64,000 nucleotides of DNA from Nemertoderma westbladi (Eukaryota > Animalia > Xenacoelomorpha). A program made the translations under genes and the position numbers. The stretch lies in assembly GCA_032718475.1 (NCBI GenBank), contig JAUCBJ010007055.1:5385-69384 (forward strand), read 5' to 3'. The notes beneath the pieces are model-generated. The model had not been told where the DNA came from and did no database searches. It saw only the letters and a program-made list of their open reading frames with translations. Of the stretch, positions 27,077 through 39,262 are shown piece after piece. Numbering within the stretch: position 1 is the first letter of the stretch; every line of letters starts with the position of its first letter.

Positions 27077-27233
27077 AAAAATAACTAAATTCGTCTGACA
27101 TTTTAACCATGATAGACTCTGATATAAGTGAAATATTCCAATTTACATCCATATTAATAATTTATAGTAAAACAATAAACCAAATACACTAATTCGGCCC
27201 ATCGATTATTACAAGTACCAACAAAACACCAAC

Positions 27234-29103
27234 CTGGTTAGAAGAGAATATAGAGGCGTCTGTACGTTCGACACCCTCCTCTAGGTCAGCGACGTTCACA
27301 ATATCAGCGGGGCGAGTGTGAGACGACGTAGGTTCCCCCAGTTCCATTTCCGTTGTTTCATCGACGACAGAGCTGATCATCGAACTGGGGATGTCATCGG
27401 CGGGCAGTTCATCTAACCGCCCCTGAATGCGCTCCACATCGCCGTAGAGACGGTTATTGGCGAGTAGGAACGTAAGGAGCGCGTTTACTTTATCGCGTCG
27501 GATGGTGCAGCGTTTCATAGCCAGTAAACGTTGGATTGAAGTTAACGCTCCGGCTAGAATCACCCGAAACGCCGAAACGGAGTCCTGCAGAACTCGAGGT
27601 AGTTGAATTGCAGCCGGAGTGTCAGGTTGTCCCCAAACTAACACATGCGACTGCATCATCTTATTCGCGCCGCCTCGAACAACTACAGTCTTACAGGTCG
27701 GCGTCGCGCGAACAACCAAATTCCACTCGGCGTCGGTTGCGTCAGCAAGTGCCGCAGGAACTTTCCCCAACAAGAAACCATTTGCGATAGAGAGTTTTGG
27801 TGGTTTCTTAATAACTGCGTTTTTGATCGAGTTCAAACAGGTCGAACAAATACGCAATCGCACTGAACCATCCTGATCAACCTTAAAACCCCTGGGAGAC
27901 AACAATACGTCCTTTAGACGGGAATCCAAGTAGTCGACCGAATAGAGGTTAATCAACGCAGCGGGATAATTGGTTGAGCTCCCGGGAGTGAGTTTCTTCT
28001 GGAATAAACCAATCATCCGGTCGTACTCGCTATTGTCGTTACCGGTACGTAACATTTCATGGATGGAATCCAGGAATACGGACTCGTCGCAAACGCAACA
28101 GGTCCGCTGACCCATTCCGTCGTCCCCCAAACTCCGAGTCATTTTGTCCCAAACTCGTGTTCTGTCCTCGAGAGTTGGAACAGTCACTGTAACTGGTGGT
28201 GGATCGGTGACGTTACCTTCAACAACGCGCCTCACCCGATCCGCTGCAACGGCCCTCCGATGGGGTTCGGGGTTGACACGTTGGTTGCGCGCAACGTTCT
28301 CGCGATGAGTCTCCGGGTTATTAATCCGGTTGCGCGCAACGTTCTCGCGATGGACCTCCGGATTATTAACCCTGTATTCCTCCACTCTTGCACGATGGGG
28401 TTCGGGGTTGACGCGTTGGTGGAGCAAGGCCGCGCTCCGATGGGGTTCGGGGTTGACGCGTTGATGGAGCAAGGCGGCGCTACGATGGGGTTCGGGGTTA
28501 ACACGTTGGTTGCGCGCAACATTCTCGCGATGAGTCTCCGGGTTATTAATACGGTTGCGCGCAACATTCTCGCGATGAGTCTCCGGGTTATTAATACGGT
28601 TGCGCGCAACGTTCTCGCGATGAGTCTCCGGGTTATTAATCCGGTATTCCTCTACACTCGCACGATGAGCAGCACGCCGTCGCGATTCCGCCGTAAACTG
28701 GGCGCGGACTCTGACACACGATATCTCGTACTGTGCGTTATCTTGCAGACTCCCAGGCACTCCCCTATAGAAACCGGCAACAAGTCCGTCAATAGTTGAG
28801 TAAATGGTTAGCGCAGCGACGCCCTCGGGCGATGGTAAACCTTGGGCATCCCGCGCGTGGGAGTCGAACAGGAAGAACGAAGAGTCAGAGTCTTTACCGA
28901 TCATCACCGTTATATCGAATGACGTTAGAATGGCGAGATCGGAACGCAGGAAGGCTTGGGTAACTCCCTGCAGTAAGTTACCATATCCTGGGATGGGATT
29001 GGGCGCCCCAGCAATGAGATCCAAAACCGTGAACTCAGCCTCGAGATCCTTGGCAGTAAACGTCGCTGGAATATCGCGGTGTTGCAAAGCCAGTGGAGAT
29101 TGT
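27234..29103 (-). CDS. RepHel exon 3 (DUB FDSH motif, 14-aa repeats, Cys-rich DUF6570-like region)
   Basis: Acceptor TTTTAG|A completes the phase-2 codon into SQSPLALQHRDIP. Contains FFLFDSHAR, (NPETHRENVARNRI)n, TCCVCD and ICSTC...PPKLSIANG. Donor CAG|GTTGGT, phase 0. Confidence 0.9.
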
Positions 29104-30129
29104 CTAAAAGTTAAGTCACAATAATAATAAGTTTACAGCTGACACAATTTCACATACACGATTTGGTGAAGCCATGAAAGATATGGATATGTGCTCGTAT
29201 CGTATGCTGTACGGCATATGTACTTCTTTATACTACTATCATTAACGGTTGGCTCAAGGAACAATATCTAGCCTATATAATAGGTCAATAGGTGTAAACG
29301 AAATGAAGAAACGAAACGTCAAGGCGATGTCCATGAATTACATAACGCCAAGCAGGGTGCATGTCGAATAAAAATATTCTAGATTTATCATTAATAAAGA
29401 TTGGTATGGGGGGGGGGGGGGGTATTTGGTTACTGTCGTCGTTACGTAATGTGTGTGGGGGGATAGCTGAAGCCAAAAATTGAAATATTTACCTGTCGGG
29501 GTAGTCAAATGATAAACGTTTTATCTAAATGTAATTGAATGTTTAGATTTTATTACCTAGATAATTACCGGTGCCTTAGGATATGGCGTATAATGCATAA
29601 CAACAGTGGTATAAAGTTATAATAGCAGGGGTTGACTAAATCCAAAGGTAACATTATTTATTAATAATTATTAATTATATTATTATAGTTAATTATAATA
29701 ATATTATAATTTACACTCATCCGAAAATGCAGGGGGTAATTTAAGGCTGAATAATATGGTGCTAAAATAAGTCAAGTCTACATCTGTACCTTCAACTACA
29801 ACTTATATGGGGTATGCGGTATGCCCCGCCCCTCTAACTAATATCTACAAGACGTCAGCAAACTGACCACGTTATGTACTGTATTCCGGACTCTACCTGT
29901 ACGGTATACCAATAATTGTTACAGAGATAATTTAATATTATAGCCTATTTTATTATGCTAAGTGTAAAAAAATTAAAATTAAATAAATTTATTATATAAG
30001 CGAAATTATATAAAAGTTTCATAAAATAACACAGTTTACAACGAATAGAGATTCAAATTCGAGGGACAATTATGAATATATTAGGGCCAATGGCATTGAT
30101 ATCCGAAATTCCGCAAAATGATGCCATAG

Positions 30130-30392
30130 GTTCCACCATGGTGTAGCGGTTGCATTGAATTGGAATCCTCTCTCTGGAGGTCGTGGGTTCGATCCAAGCA
30201 TGAGAGCAACGGCAGTTTCGGCGCTCTACTACCTTGCATCCATAAGGGGCAGCTAAATGAGTACGGTAATGGAGTTTCCTCGGAGAGTATCCAGTATAGT
30301 TCTGGGGGGACCGCACGGGAAATAAGTCGCCACACTTTGTTTAGTAATCCCTGCCCTACGGCCGAGTTTTTTAGGTCTAGGGTTACATTATT
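30130..30392 (+). mobile_element. tRNA-derived SINE, possibly with a Nin/Deu-type central domain, in RepHel intron 2
   Basis: A-box TGGTGTAGCGG, B-box GGTTCGATCC, central CCTTGCATCCATAAGGGGCAGCTAAATGAGTAC resembling the Nin/Deu core, and a (TTA)n tail. Confidence 0.7.
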
Positions 30393-30440
30393 ATTTAATT
30401 ATAAATAGGTATAAAAATGTACCCGTAGTAAAAAACTTAC

Positions 30441-30597
30441 GACAGTTGTTGGAATAGTTGATCTCCCCCAGTGACAATATAATCGACCGTCTCAGTATTC
30501 CATAGAACTGGGTTTGATATGGCTGCCATTCCAGCGGCGTAAGCAGCAACAGCGGTGCATTGAACCCCTCGCGACAATACCGGAAACCGTAAGTCAC
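30441..30597 (-). CDS. RepHel exon 2 (predicted DUB catalytic Cys); absent from the ORF track
   Basis: Acceptor TTACAG|GT, donor TC|GTAAGT. Translates GDLRFPVLSRGVQCTAVAAYAAGMAAISNPVLWDTETVDYIVTGGDQLFQQLS, fitting the herpes tegument DUB pattern HQG.D.RF...G.QC ... W....D.I...GD.L. Confidence 0.88.
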
Positions 30598-31565
30598 CTG
30601 TAAGCAACACAATTATAATATAAATTAAAACATACCGTTACCGTATATTATTACACAATGTAGCAATAATAATTAAAGGAAACGAGCAGCCCTTTATAAC
30701 CAAAACAATAAATGATAATAGCACAAGCACTGACAGACTGAAACAAGATGTACAATAAAATGTGGGTGCCTCGTGCCTGTAGTGTATAATCTTGTCAGCT
30801 TGTGAGCGCAACTTTCATTACATAGTATACATACATACTACTGTACTATCAGTATAGGCCTATTAGTTACAAAATATTACCATAGAGAGGGTCCATCTTT
30901 CTTACAACTACCTATAGCGCTCTATAAAGAGGCAGTTTCGTAATGGACATTATTATGTTTTTTACATTACAGTACCGGTAATACCGGTACCGGTACATTA
31001 AAATGACTCATTTTTAGTTTTAGATAGGCCGAACTTTTTTTATTTTGACGAGTGATATTGTTGGGAAAGTGACTCATTATCATTGGGCAAGTGACTGCAC
31101 TGCACCTCGTCTTGATGAGACTGACATTATTTCAATCATTCAAAGACTGCTTACTACGTCAGTTCAGTCTGTCAGTATGTGGGATAATATATTGTATCTA
31201 TCGGTCTATACTGCTATAACTAAAACTGTACCGGTAACTAAAATTTTAGCAGGATCAAAACTGTCAGACTGTAACAGAAACTGCATTGCTAAATTTTGTA
31301 ATACGGCACTGAAACTGTAACTTAAATACCTTGAATACTGAAACTGTAACTAAATTCGCCAAAATTGATTCAGATCTCAACACTAACTAGACCTGTAGGT
31401 GTAGACCTAGGCCTACTGCACATACCGGTCTGCCGGTACCGTACTCTGCTACTGAGTAAACTCCACACGTCTACGCTGTACAGCTCTGTATGCTGTACAC
31501 AATACACTAACGCTACAGCACTAGGCTACCTTGACAACTTGACTAGGTCTATAAATTAAACTAAC

Positions 31566-31977
31566 CTTGATGGAAGCTCCCAGCCCTCCGAGTAGCACTG
31601 CAAATGATACTGGCGGAGCTGGAAGCTCTTCCTCTTCTTGGAACCGGTGCGATATTAGAAATTCGCTCGCTTCCAGTGGCGGCACGGTCGGAGGTAGGTA
31701 GACGAAAAAGCCCACCCGCTCCCGCCACTGGTAGCGCAACGCCGTCAGTTGTGGTCGACATAACGACGTCCGGTCCCGCCACCGCGGCCCCGCCACTCGT
31801 AGCGGGAGCAGAAGCTTCTCCTATAGATGCAGTAGCGGTGTTTCCACCAGTGCTGCATCTCCTCAACCTACCACTGTCTCCACCGGACAGTTGAGAAACT
31901 TCGACTCCCGCTACATCGACGTCCCGCCGCGGTAGCAGATGAAGAAGGTGGATCCGGAAGCTCCTTGCGAACGGCAT
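31566..31977 (-). CDS. RepHel exon 1 (low-complexity N-terminus and start of the VTD deubiquitinase, ...GSFHQG)
   Basis: ORF ends SFHQ-G at donor CAAG|GTTAGT (31566/31565), phase 1. In-frame ATG at 31977; an out-of-frame ATG at 32011 (MPPKKRTKF) may be the original start. Confidence 0.75.
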
Positions 31978-32157
31978 GGAAGTTAAACTTAGTCCGTTTT
32001 TTCGGAGGCATAGTCAGATAGTAGAGTAGTGTCTGATTGTGGTGATGGAGGATGGAAAATCTCGGACAATCGTTAATGGCAGAATGGAATGGATTCACGA
32101 ACAGACGAAAGCAATATACAATACAAACAAACAAACAAACTGATAAAACCAATGATA

Positions 32158-32200
32158 ATAATTACCGGTGGGCCTCGGACCGAGGCCCACCGGTAATTAT
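32158..32200. other. Perfect palindrome with 21-bp arms
   Basis: ATAATTACCGGTGGGCCTCGG-A-CCGAGGCCCACCGGTAATTAT. Confidence 0.95.
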
Positions 32201-35042
32201 GGGTCAGCCTAATCACCCAACTACACCCAACTTTCACCCAACTACACCCAACTACACCCAACTACACCCAACTACACCCAACTTTCACCCAACTACACCC
32301 AACTTTCACCCAACTACCACCCAACTACACCCAACTTTCACCAACTACACCCAACTTCAACACAACAGCATCCAACTTATACCAAACTATACTGTATGGC
32401 ACCTATCTTCCACAAATTACAATATGTACAGTAACAAACTCTGAACTTCTTTGAGGAATTGCTGAGATATGAACTTTTAAAAGTTGCATGTACTCGTGCT
32501 GTATTTTGCCATCACTGCCCTGCAATTATGAAAATAACTAACTAACATTTTATTTTTATTGCAGGTTGATTCTAGAATAATTGATGAATTTAGCAAAAAA
32601 TATACAAAGGAGAGACACAGAGACTATTGACGAACGATCCAGATACCTATAGATGTCTACACATACCACGCATCAAAACTCCAAACTAAGCTACAGTACA
32701 AACTAAACTGGCGCTGTGGGATTGCGGTGAAAATGAAAACGGTATTGATACACAGGAGGGTCACCGTCACAGCCTTAACGACGAAATCGCATTATTGGAA
32801 ACTTCTGCTGTGGGAATAGCAATGCAGATAATTCGTACAAAGTTAATGGACATAAATTCTATATTATACAGTATGTTTAATGCAATTATAATAATGTAAT
32901 TATCCTTTATGTATCATAGAATACAAGAAAATAAACTGTAACATTATTTTCAGCTTCTTTATCTTAAACTTTATAGCCTTTATACTGTATTAATTAATTT
33001 TTAACGAAACAACAGAAATAATTTTAGAACTTTTTACATTTCTCATTACATTTTACATGTCTCAAGTTTACACTCCATTTGGCTCCCTGATCCAATCTTA
33101 ATGGTTAGCAAATAAAGTACTTTCTGTATAATATAGGCGAATAATAAATTTCTCATGGAACCAAAATAATAAACGAAAGATAAGATCAAATTAATATAAA
33201 GGCCACGAAGTTTAGAATAAAACTGTTGAAAATAAAGACTACAGTATGTTACAATCTTTCTTGTAATATGATACAAAGGATAATTATAATATTTTATTGT
33301 TAAATTTCTGAATTACTTAACGCTTGTCCTTGGACAAGCCGTAAATATAGTAGATAGATGGATTATTTGCGGCTCGTCCATAGACGAGCGTTAAGTAATA
33401 AAGAAATTTAACAATAAAACAACATATTATAGTGTATAATGTACTTTTATCTCACTTCGGTCCCTCGTTTCAATATTTCACTAACTCGAATATGATAATA
33501 ACTCGAAATAAATTTTCCAGTATTTTTTACTAATTATCATAGTGCGTTAAGGCTCGCCTTTACTACGTGGCTCGCATGTTCTCGCTGTAATGCCTCAGAA
33601 CTAAACATTAGATATACTGTATTGTACTGTATGTCCTACTCATCTTCACATCCAAAAAAGCGACGTAGATTAGGATTTGTATGGTTTTTGACAATTTTAT
33701 AATTTGCTTTATAATTTTTTATTTTCAAAAATCATGACCTGCGAGAAAGTGGTGAAAGGTACAGTACAGGCCACCAGAAAACGCAGATTTGTACAATTGT
33801 GAACACATTTTATCAAATGTGTACCAGTGTAAAGTAATGTTGTTGAACGGGACAATTGAACATAATTGAACATAATTGAATTGGCAACAACAAAATTTTT
33901 TCGCCAAAGGATACAATTGAATACTTTTGAAACGCTTAGTAAGCTGGAAACTCTCTGTAGTTTACCGCGAACTGTCACTCACTGCAGCTGGAAATGCGAT
34001 AAGGATTTTGTTTACCTTTATAGTGTGCGGTTAATAGTGTCTAGTAGGCAGGCCTATAGTTAGTGATGTTAAGGCATCTTCTGGTGTTTCTCTGTGCCCT
34101 CTCGGTGTCAGACTAATGGCGCGACATCTCCCTGCACTAAATTAATTATTCAATGGTCTAGGCTCCTCCATCCATATACCCATCCACTCCCATACACTCC
34201 ATGAACCTCCATGCGGTCTTGTATGCAGTTCTCTCTCTACCAATACAGCCCATGTCCGCAATGTTACGCCCTGGGGGCTCTCTCATCTACCTGATATCAG
34301 ACATACAGGCGCACCGCACACAAAGCCTTTGTCGGTCCCAGCAAGTTAGCCTCCTGCTGTGTGATCGAGAAGATAACTCGCCATAACCTGCCAATCAGAT
34401 GACTTGAACAAATGTGTTCACATGTGATCACATTGGAAGAAATCTGCTTTTTCTGGTGGCCTGTACTGTAAGTGTAGTTGGGTGGAAGTGAGACTTTCAA
34501 AAATCATGACCTGCGAGAAAGTGGTGAAAGGTAAGTGTAGTTGGGTGGAAGTGAGACAATGTTGAGTGTACTGTAGTTGGGTGATAGTTGGGTGTAGGTG
34601 TAGTTGGGTGGAGAATTGGGTGTAGTTGGGTGAAAGTTGGGTGTTGTTGGGGGTAGTTGGGTGAAAGTTGGGTGTAGTTGGGTGAGAGTTGGGTGGAAGT
34701 GGAGTGTAGTTGGGTGAAAGTGAGTCAAAGTTGAGTGTAGTTGGTTGGAGAGTTTGGTGTTCTGTGGGACGAGTCACGCAGTCAGGGCAAGCCTTAGCGC
34801 ACAATTGCAATTAGTAAAAATAGGGCAAAATTTCATCTCCAGTCGGTCGTTCTGTCCGCTTGTCTGTCTGTAACGAAAAATTCATTCGTAAGTAACTTTT
34901 GAAGATTTTCGCCAACTGATCCACATTAAAGCCCCATGAGAAACCCCACTTGGGATCCGACTATGTAGCAACATACCTAAAGTGTGTGACATATTATTCA
35001 TTCACATGTGAGAATTTAGCTTGGAAACCTCAATGTTGATCA

Positions 35043-35530
35043 GATAGACTTTGCTGATGACTTAGGAGTACTCTCAGAATCATTAGAGGGAGCCCAACGG
35101 CTCCTCAGCTCATTAGAACATTCTGCTTCTAGTGTTGGTCTTTTTATTACCTCCAGAAAGACCACAATTTTGACAGTTAACTTTGAAAGTCCTCAGCAAG
35201 TCTCTGATCGGATGAGCATAAGCTCAAAGGATGGTATGCTTGAGCATGTGGACAACTTCTGTTACCTGGGATCATGGATCCGGAAGTCAGGTGAGGACCT
35301 TCGAATACGTAAGGGAAAGGCATGGGCAGCCTTGAATAGGCTTTCCAGGATTTGGAAGTCACCGAGAATTAATCGGAAACTCAAGGTCCGATTATTTAGA
35401 GCAGCAGTAGTTCCAGTACTCCTCTACGGGAGTCCATGCTGGGCTCTAACTGCTGAGGACACCAAATCTCTGGATGGCACATTCACAAGAATGCTACGCC
35501 GGGTTCATTGTGTCAAGTACAATGCACACA
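35043..35530 (+). mobile_element. Internal RTE reverse-transcriptase fragment flanked by a 27-bp direct repeat
   Basis: Encodes DFADD...FCYLGS...LLYGS..W..T and matches the reverse complement of 57157-57640. TTAG(C/T)TTGGAAACCTCAATGTTGATCA at 35016-35042 and 35531-35557. Confidence 0.9.
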
Positions 35531-35994
35531 TTAGTTTGGAAACCTCAATGTTGATCACTTGAGGATTTTCGAATGGGTGGAATGTCTGAAAGATTAAATA
35601 CACTTCTCCCATTTCGTTGTTTGTAATAAAATAAGCTGAATATTGTCATATCCTACTGTACATATACTGTACAGTATGTACTAGAGACCACAAGCCGCGT
35701 CTATATGATTACGTTGATCAACGTCTGCAATTCTCTACCCTAGTGTGGTGAATTATTATTTCTACTACTGTAAGATCTGTAATGTATAACGATCTTATCG
35801 ATTCTCATACTGTAGAGATCTTGTCCATTCTGGCATCGCCTGTATGTGAAGATCATAATAAGTTCCTTGCAGAAATTCCCTTGACCTGTACAGATCTTAC
35901 CAGATCCCCTTTTAGTTTATCAAAAATGTAAAATGTTCTAAAATTATTGCTGTTGTTTCGTTAAAAATTAATTAATATAAAGGCCATAAAGTTC

Positions 35995-36244
35995 GCCCAT
36001 GTGAATAATACCAGGATTTCACTTTTCGGTCGACATTTTATTGGAATTTTATGTATGAAGATTTTTTATTTTTTTTAATTTATCTTTTTGATACGTTTCG
36101 TTTTGATACGGCTAAATTTCGTTTATTGTTTTGGTTAGATTCAGTCCTTTTGTAACCTGTGATTTTAATGAAAACCTGGGATTCTTCACATGGGGGCAAC
36201 TGCAAAGTTAAATATATAACGGCAGAAAGTGTTTACATGGGCCC
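35995..36244. mobile_element. MITE with GCCCATGT(G) termini, inserted in the right foldback arm
   Basis: GCCCATGTGAATAATACCAGG ... ACATGGGCCC; absent from the left arm; an inverted relative lies at 37876-39262. Confidence 0.75.
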
Positions 36245-37875
36245 AAGATTAAAATAAAGCTGCTGAAAATAATGTTACAGTTCTTTTTCTTGTATTCTAT
36301 GATACATAAAGGATAATTACATTATTATAATTGCATTAAACATACTGTATAATATAGAACTTATGTCCATTAACTTTGTACGAATTATCTGCATTGCTAT
36401 TCCCATAACAGAAGTTTCCAATGCGATTTCGTCGTTAAGGCTGTGACGGTGACCCCCCTGTGTATCAATACCGTTTTCATTTTCACCACAATCCCAAACA
36501 GCGCCAGTTTAGTTTTATACTGTAGCTTGGATCGTTCGTCAATAGTCTCTGCGTCTCTCCTTTGTATATTTATTGCTAAATTCATCAATTATTCTAGAAC
36601 CAACCTGCAATAAATATAAAACGTTAGTTTGTTATTTTCATAATTGCTCAGCAGTGGGGGCAACATACAGTACATGAAACATTTAAAAGCTCATATCTCA
36701 GCAATTCCTCGAAGAGTTTGTTACTGTACATATTGTAATTTGTGGAAGTTTGGTGCCATACAGTAGGTATAGTTTGGTGTAAGTTGGATGCAGAGTGGAA
36801 GTGCAGTGGAAGTTGGGTGTAGTGGGGTGGAACTGTGTGGGTGTAGTTGGCTGAAAGTTGGGTGTAGTTGGGTGTAGTTGGGTGAAAGTTGGGTGTAGTT
36901 GGGTGTAGTTGGGTGAAAGTTGGGTGTAGTTGGGTGTAGTTGGGTGAAAGTTGGGTGTAGTTGGGTGTTTAGGCTGACCGGCTGGAACAGTTAAAACAAA
37001 GTTCGGTTCTGACTGTCTGAGGTTCTCACCGAACAATTTGCAATACTACTACAGTACTGCAGTACACAGTAGGCCTACTACACCTGTACTGTACACATGC
37101 TGACATGTACTTGTACTACCGGCAGACCGGTACTACAGCAGCGGTATGGTATAACAATATAATGCCAGCCTGCCAGCGGCGGTATACAGGCTGACAGGTA
37201 ACAGGTATAATGCAGTAATGCCTACAGCAGTAATACAGAAGTAGCCAGTGAGTACCGGTAGTGCTAGCCTTAGCCTACACATGTACATACAGACATACCA
37301 GCATACCGCTGTACCGACAGACCGGTCAGCCGGTAGGCCTACTGTTCGCGTTGCGTACCGTTGTCCCTATCTCAATAACAACTTACAGCCCTACGCTACT
37401 ACTACAGTACTACCAGACTACTGCTGCACGCTGTACTGCATACCGGTAGGGTTGACTATTCAAATTCCGGACAAAATTTCATTTTTTTTTAATTTGGGAC
37501 ACTTTAAATTGCTTTAATCCTTGATATTATTTTTGCATCTGTACAAGATGCTATTGTAGTTCACTATAAAACCAAATTATTACCACTCAGTTCAACTGTT
37601 TAGTTGTAACTGGGTGGTTTTCACTTTATAAATTGACTGTCCGGAATTTGACTACCTGGTAAAATACCGGACATGTATATAATTCCGGACAATGCCTTTT
37701 ATTAGATGTGAGAGTTGATGTGAGGGTTGATATTAGGGCTATTTTAATAATTAAATTAAACTTTATTTCCACTAGTTTAGGTATCTGGGTGTATTACATA
37801 CAGCCATATTTTACTCCTGTACTCAGTTTTGAAGTTATGCAATGCTTTATGTTTTGCATACCAACCCCAGATAGG

Positions 37876-39262
37876 GGGCCCATGTGTGAAGAATACCAGA
37901 CTTTCTGCCGTTATATTTCACTTTGCAATTACCCCCATGTGAAGAATACCAGGTTTTCACCAAAAACACAGATTACAGGCAGGGCTGGCAAAAACCATAG
38001 GTTTTTCAGAAAAAATTTTAGGTTTTAGGTTTTTGCAAGGTTTTTGTAGGTTTTTGGAAGGTTTTTGCAGGTTTTTGAAGGTTTTCGCTAGGTTTTTGTA
38101 GTATTTCGCTAGGTTTTTGTAGTATTTCTGTATTTGTATACCGGTATTGATTGATTAGATTGACCTGGTTGGTAAATGATTAGATAAATTATATGGGGCG
38201 ACATTTGGTCAACTGGCAGACTGGTCAAGATTATATTTTATAGATACACTACAGCACTATGATACAAAATTGTTTGAAAGAATGAGTCCATCAGGTTTCA
38301 TTGTCATATTAGTTACATTTATATAAACCTGTACAAAGTCTGAAAGTAGGCTTACAGCAGTACAGACTACTGGACTACAGTCTTAAATTCAGACAGTACA
38401 GCAGTAGGCTGGTAGGTGCAACTATTTATTACACTATTAGTGTATTAGTTCCATAGTATATTAGTATCATTAGCATCAATCAATGCATGCAGAATGCAGG
38501 CACGCGATTCAGCGAATGCAGAATGCCACCCCATCCCACAGTCCCATACTGCCATAAAAGCATAATGCATAACGTAAACCATAACCCGATAACCACCAGA
38601 CCACCTGACTCCCTGACTGCCTGTGACCACCAGCTGACCAGAGCCAGAGCTGCAGAGACCACCCACTGACGCTGACCCAGCCACCTGGCTGCCTGGACAC
38701 TGGACCACTGCTGCACTGCACACTGTACGTGTACAGTTATCAGCAGCAACGTACATACTACATAGTCAGGAATCAGGATGTAGGTCTGCTACGCTGACTG
38801 CTACGGTAACTTGCATCAGCTAACTTGCATCAGTCAGCTTGTCAGTAGTGACAAGACAACTGGGAACTGGACTGGACTGGAACTCATCAGCTGACAATGC
38901 AAGTTGACTTGTTCAGTTGTTTTGAGTGTACAAATGAAATTAAAAGGCAAATTAAAGATGAAAAATCAAAAACCTAAAAACCTAGTTTTAGGCTTTTTTC
39001 AAATTTTAGGTTTTTGACAAAAACCTACAAAAACCTAGGTTTACAAAAACCTACTTTGCCAGCCCTGATTACAGGAGGGCTGAATCTAACCAAAACAATA
39101 AACGAATTAGTATATGTACAGGTTAGGCTATAAGACAGAAATAAGCGGTATAAAACACTTAGGCCTAATAAAGATATATTTAAAAAAATAAAAAATCTTC
39201 ATCTATAAAATTCCAATAAAAAGTCGACCGAAAAGTTAAATCCTGGTATTCTTCACATGGGC
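37876..39262. mobile_element. Second copy of the GCCCATGT MITE, split by a hAT MITE
   Basis: GGGCCCATGT...GAAGAATACCAG and CCTGGTATTCTTCACATGGGC ends. Removing 37980-39075 restores similarity to the reverse complement of 35995-36244. Confidence 0.75.
37980..39067. mobile_element. Non-autonomous hAT element with 8-bp TSD
   Basis: TIRs CAGGGCTGGCAAA / TTTGCCAGCCCTG; TSD ATTACAGG at 37972-37979 and 39068-39075; subterminal AGGTTTTT/AAAACCT repeats. Confidence 0.9.

Larger units (their letters stand above)
32202..36979. mobile_element. Foldback-like element with inverted arms of about 850 bp carrying (ACACCCAACT/TTCACCCAACT)n arrays
   Basis: 32202-33050 is the diverged reverse complement of 35920-36979, the latter interrupted by a MITE. 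Termini GGTCAGCCTAA / TTAGGCTGACC. A third array lies at 34465-34750. No TSD found. Confidence 0.75.

Noticed and set aside
32215-32360. (CACCCAACTA)n as telomeric repeat or as HPTTPN coding repeats
   Set aside because: It is a 10/11-bp unit inside dispersed inverted arms, not a known telomere motif; the ORFs are repeat artefacts.
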